DNA of 64,000 nt, taken from the IMG/VR virus record IMGVR_UViG_3300021400_000103; one strand, 5' to 3'. Made by a program: the position numbers and the translations under genes. Positions 60,270-64,000 of the stretch are shown here, one piece after another; within the stretch, counting starts at the first letter, position 1, and each line of letters opens with the position of its first letter. The stretch is from a virus (lineage: Duplodnaviria > Caudoviricetes). The notes beneath the pieces are model-generated. The model was given only the letters and a program-made list of their open reading frames with translations. It did not search any database and was not told the origin of the DNA.

Positions 60270-60466
60270 TATACGGTAGTCGCTTCATCCTTGTCCTTTT
60301 ACACTTTCGGAGCTAATCCTGACCCACCGCTTAGATGATTAGTTTAAACCACACGAGGGTACTACCATGTGGTTACAGGGCACATATTCATTTATATACC
60401 GCAGCGAAACCTCTTCATCAGGAGGGATAATCCGCTAAGATTGGTACCACTGCCACCCCTGCGGTA
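60270..60466 (-). ncRNA. Candidate structured non-coding RNA(s)
   Basis: GC-richer ORF-free segment with multiple stems and pseudoknot pairings (see findings); strand inferred from flanking genes. Confidence 0.5.
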
Positions 60467-60480
60467 ATAGAAGACTCATT

Positions 60481-61569
60481 TTATTCATCAAATTTCATCA
60501 AGAACTTCGGACTAACAGCCTTAAATGATTGCTTACCATCTGCCGTTCTAAACACTATTCCTTCTCGTAAAGTGTCATATAACTTACTTGTTCCGGTTGC
60601 GTAATCAAGAACTTCATTCACCGTCATACCCTTAAGTTTTACCGCTGTATCAAGTATTGGAACAAATTTAAGCCCTTTACTTTCCATTAATTCCTTAGCT
60701 TCCACTGATCCAAGCCTACCCGACGGATAAATCACATTGAATACATATAACTCATATCCATCTATATGATATTTATTACCTTGAATCCCAGTACCGCAGC
60801 ACTCACCCTGGATTGCAATCCATTCATTATCTCCAATCAATTCATTGAGTATCTGTTCTATATTATATTTCTCAGCTACCGACCAAAATGATGAATTATC
60901 TTTTTTCCACTTCCTTAGATTACGACTACACACGGCGAAATCATAAGTTGTTTTATTCCACCAATGTTTTCCTTTTATTTTCTGTAATGTAAAGCTGCCG
61001 GACTGCCCATCGCATTTTTCTGTAGCTATCCATTCGATATCTAAATCAAGATAAAAAGGACAGTTTTGGATACGAGTTTCATCCGTTTTAGAAATAAATG
61101 ATGGGAAACCTCGTGCCTGTTTCTTTGGTAATACAAGATCTCTAAACCACTTAAATTTCATTAAGAATTTTGGATATCTCTTCTTAGGTTGATAGTCTTT
61201 TTCTTCAACCTCCTCTTTATCCATTGTTGGTTCGTACTGCGTAATCCCCATTACTTCTGTTACATCCTGCCCAATTTCGTAATCTCCTTCAGGAAGAAAA
61301 GAAAGAGGAAAGCATATACCTTGGGACACAACTCCCGACATCTTCATCGTCTTAATCCTAAACTTCTTACTTCTAAGAAATTCATACTCTGGCTTTTCAG
61401 GAAATACAGAATCAATTTCGCAAAATACTACCTTGTCTCCTACGTTAAAATCCGATTTCTGTACTATAACTTGCCAACCCAAAACTCCGGCTAATACAAT
61501 TCGATCTTTACCTTCTATCGGAGTCATCCATTCTATTTTCTCTATATGCGCTAACGCTCTATCACTCAT
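60481..61569 (-). CDS. RNA ligase (Rnl2/DRB0094-like family)
   Basis: N-terminal OB-like domain, KTDETRIQ, TEKCDG (motif I), QGE, FN, EGIV, FK.VS..FL. Confidence 0.88.
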   Translation of the reverse strand: MSDRALAHIEKIEWMTPIEGKDRIVLAGVLGWQVIVQKSDFNVGDKVVFCEIDSVFPEKPEYEFLRSKKFRIKTMKMSGVVSQGICFPLSFLPEGDYEIGQDVTEVMGITQYEPTMDKEEVEEKDYQPKKRYPKFLMKFKWFRDLVLPKKQARGFPSFISKTDETRIQNCPFYLDLDIEWIATEKCDGQSGSFTLQKIKGKHWWNKTTYDFAVCSRNLRKWKKDNSSFWSVAEKYNIEQILNELIGDNEWIAIQGECCGTGIQGNKYHIDGYELYVFNVIYPSGRLGSVEAKELMESKGLKFVPILDTAVKLKGMTVNEVLDYATGTSKLYDTLREGIVFRTADGKQSFKAVSPKFLMKFDE

Positions 61570-61880
61570 TTAGTTTTCTCCCCTTTAATTTCAATGTATT
61601 TCTGAACATTATCAACAACATTGATCACAGCTATACCAATCGCCAATGCAGCGAGAATTGTTTTCACAAAATCATTTATAACTTTCTTCATAAATCCAAG
61701 CTCCTTTCCGTCCACATCTCGCACATATCGTCAGGTTCAACCTCTACTACGAAAGTGCTAAAATCATCAACATCCTCACCACACCGAGTTAGACCAATAC
61801 AACATGCCGTTTCCGTAAATCCCTTACCCTGGATAAACGTATGCTTAAGTTTATGATAGAATTTACAATTACCACATTTT

Positions 61881-62486
61881 TTATCCATTCAGTTCACCGT
61901 CCTCAGTCTCCGGCACATGGTCGGTGGATTCACGATTAAGGATCTTGAAAGCTGGGCGAACCCCACCAGAGGTGGAAGCGTTGCTGTAGCTCGCATTCCC
62001 GTTGCCGTTCACAAAAGCGAAGTAGGCAGGAAGCGCAACCGAACGCAACCACATATACTCATATGAACAACCTCGTCTTTCCGCAATACGATGTCTACGA
62101 TTCTTAAAATATGGTATCTGACCATCGCAAGCGTCAAAGCCTTCATTTAATCCGCAGACCTCCTGTAATGACAGGAGCCATAGATAGTCTCCATGATACC
62201 CCTCACAGAGCTGGACTCCGTACTTCTTCTTCATTTTCTTTGCGAACCTGTTTCCAAGTCCATGCAGATACTCCCTCATTTCTGACTTATCATATCCGCC
62301 ATCAGTTGTGTCAGTAGCATTCATTCGCCTTGCATCGTCCAGGAACTGATCAAAAACGAAAAGCATCTCGTCACCCTGCTGCTGAATTGCCGTAGCGGAG
62401 TATTTACTCCCATCAAATTTGAATTTTATCCGGTCGCCAATCTGAAAGTGATTGGTCTCGATTTTTATCTTACGATATACCTTCAT
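61881..62486 (-). CDS. DUF6273-like / C-type-lectin-fold protein
   Basis: GGY..S.MR..L, LLS..E, WLRS, V...G......AS...GVRPAF. Confidence 0.7.
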   Translation of the reverse strand: MKVYRKIKIETNHFQIGDRIKFKFDGSKYSATAIQQQGDEMLFVFDQFLDDARRMNATDTTDGGYDKSEMREYLHGLGNRFAKKMKKKYGVQLCEGYHGDYLWLLSLQEVCGLNEGFDACDGQIPYFKNRRHRIAERRGCSYEYMWLRSVALPAYFAFVNGNGNASYSNASTSGGVRPAFKILNRESTDHVPETEDGELNG

Positions 62487-62557
62487 TTTTCCTCCTTATC
62501 TGCTTCTATTATTGTTTCTGCATCATATATTGTCTGGAATTTTAACAACTATCTCCA

Positions 62558-63987
62558 TCACTCTATATCTCCTTCTGCCTTGTTTCTTTTATAATTCCCA
62601 CAGTTAGGACAATAATCGTAGTCGTAGATGCTTGCTCCCGTTTCAGCATCATAACTAAACTCTTCACCACAACGAGAACAAACCCACATATCTAATGTTT
62701 TATCACCATATATATAGTGTCTTCTTGTCCAATTACCGTTTGGATGAAGTGGTGTGCCATTTTTTAGAGCATTTTCAAGTATTTCATCATCCATGATATT
62801 CAGCGTTCTATGGGTTTGAATTATTTTGTATATTCTATCGGGAATTTCAATTACTATCTTCATCAACGTTTACCTCCCCAATAATGTTCCAAAAGTTAAC
62901 TCCTGTCGTTTTCGCAGAATCAGCTATATATTGCTTAACACTTTCCCTTTCTTCCTCGGTGGCATCTCTCATATTAAACATCAAAGGTCTTTGATTGATA
63001 ACAGCATCTACTACTAACGATTGGAAGTATATACTGAGTCCATTTAATATTTCTCTATCTCTTTTCAACTCATTTAACCACTCCGCAAGCTGTCTAAAAT
63101 CAAGGCACCCTTGCAGATTACCATGTGTGCGCTCATATTCTGCATTGTTTTTATATCTTTCAATCGCTTCATCAAGTGTCATTCTTCCACCTCTATCTTT
63201 GCACCGCAGTTAGGACAATAATGATACAAAGAAATAACATCTTTTTCATTCTTATCAGCACATTCAATTACAATACTCCTGCACTCTGAACAATGCCAAT
63301 TTCCAAATTTAGGATTATAGTCATATTGTACCCATTCCCAATGTCCCGGCTTTCTCTCCGGCACTTCGGAAACAATAGTCTTATTTCCAACAACTGACAC
63401 CTCATATATACCGCTCTTATGAAAAACAATTCCTGTGCATACTTCATATTGGGATTCTGTTTTGTTTTCAAAAACAATAGGTTCTTTGACAGAAATGTAT
63501 TCTTCATTGCCTCCTATGAATTCAGCCATTCTTATACCTCCATCTTTGCACCGCACGCACAGCAATAATCCTGTGATGTATCTCCTGCAAGTTTTCCACA
63601 TTCAGAACAATAAGGTTCATCAGCCTCATATCTCTCCAACACTGATATGGTATGTGTTTCTCCCATCTCGTCCTGTCCTGTATAACGTTTTACCGCATTA
63701 TGAGTTTTATGTTTCATTACCCAATGCCCCGTCTTTGGTTGTGGTGTAACGGGTTGTAACGCTTTGATATCATCACGCATTTGCCAAAATTTTGTTGCTC
63801 CCATATGTTCTGCATATTTTGCTTGTACTTCAAGTACCGCCTGTCTGCTGATACAATCTCCACATTTCTTACGATTTTCATAGTGTGTTTTCAAAAGCCA
63901 CTCTAAATGCTCAAAATCCTTTTCTGTCGGAAGTGCCACAAGTGCAATCAATTCGTCATGATCCGCTTTGTGAAAAGCATCGATCAA
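62558..63987 (-). other. Run of small hypothetical genes; three end in a G.W..CS.C..YC..CG Zn-ribbon
   Basis: ORFs 62558..62866, 63179..~63530 and 63532..63987 share the motif. Confidence 0.55.
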
Positions 63988-64000
63988 TTTTGTTCTGTAT

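Larger units (their letters stand above)
54329..60484. repeat. Dispersed 18-bp palindromic repeats ATnAAA-N6-TTTnAT at gene boundaries
   Basis: Exact at 54329, 54522, 54990, 55695, 56990, 57444, 60230; degenerate at 54760, 55075, 56563, 57175, 58253, 58438, 58726, 59513, 60467. Confidence 0.85.

Noticed and set aside
60405-60421. Hammerhead ribozyme (CTGATGA on the minus strand)
   Set aside because: The required GAAA core is on the opposite strand, so the topology does not fit.
54329-60484. CRISPR array interpretation of the repeats
   Set aside because: Repeats are 18 bp with a variable centre and are separated by whole genes of 150-800 bp, not 30-40 bp spacers; no cas operon.
231-63749. 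Numerous antisense and alternate-frame ORFs in the track (e.g. 231..704, 22570..23256, 51775..52197)
   Set aside because: They are shadows of well-supported genes on the other strand or frame, with no RBS or recognisable motifs.
1-64000. Stop-codon reassignment (alternative genetic code)
   Set aside because: Long genes are intact in code 11, all three stops are used and there is no suppressor tRNA. The only split gene is explained by an intron.

Overview
64 kb of a large temperate tailed phage of a Firmicute host. Choline-binding repeats, sigmaA promoters and AGGAGG RBSs suggest Lachnospiraceae/Clostridia, and the organisation resembles SPbeta-like phages. The + strand (1-25.5 kb) carries the end of the tape measure gene, Dit, a Tal-like protein, many tail-fibre/receptor-binding genes with an embedded tyrosine recombinase, an endolysin split by a group I intron, attP (containing the 5' half of tRNA-Trp) and the integrase. 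The - strand (25.5-64 kb) carries Xis, a sugar dehydrogenase + glycosyltransferase pair, nucleotide metabolism (dut, nrdD, thyX, kinase, nucleotidase), replication (dnaE, primase, dnaB, ssb, Sak4-like, PD-(D/E)XK nuclease), a circularly permuted C5 methyltransferase, 6 tRNAs plus a tRNA-like element, a DndB-like/MrpR-like two-gene operon and an accessory region. Best candidate for an undescribed system: in 54.3-60.5 kb nearly every small gene is delimited by an 18-bp palindrome (ATnAAA-N6-TTTnAT) lying between one gene's stop and the next gene's RBS. One cassette is present twice, one cassette is non-coding structured RNA, and a tail gene is truncated exactly at such a site. This looks like an integron-like gene-cassette array, although the sites could instead be repressor operators. 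All calls were made by eye; no searches or folding programs were run.
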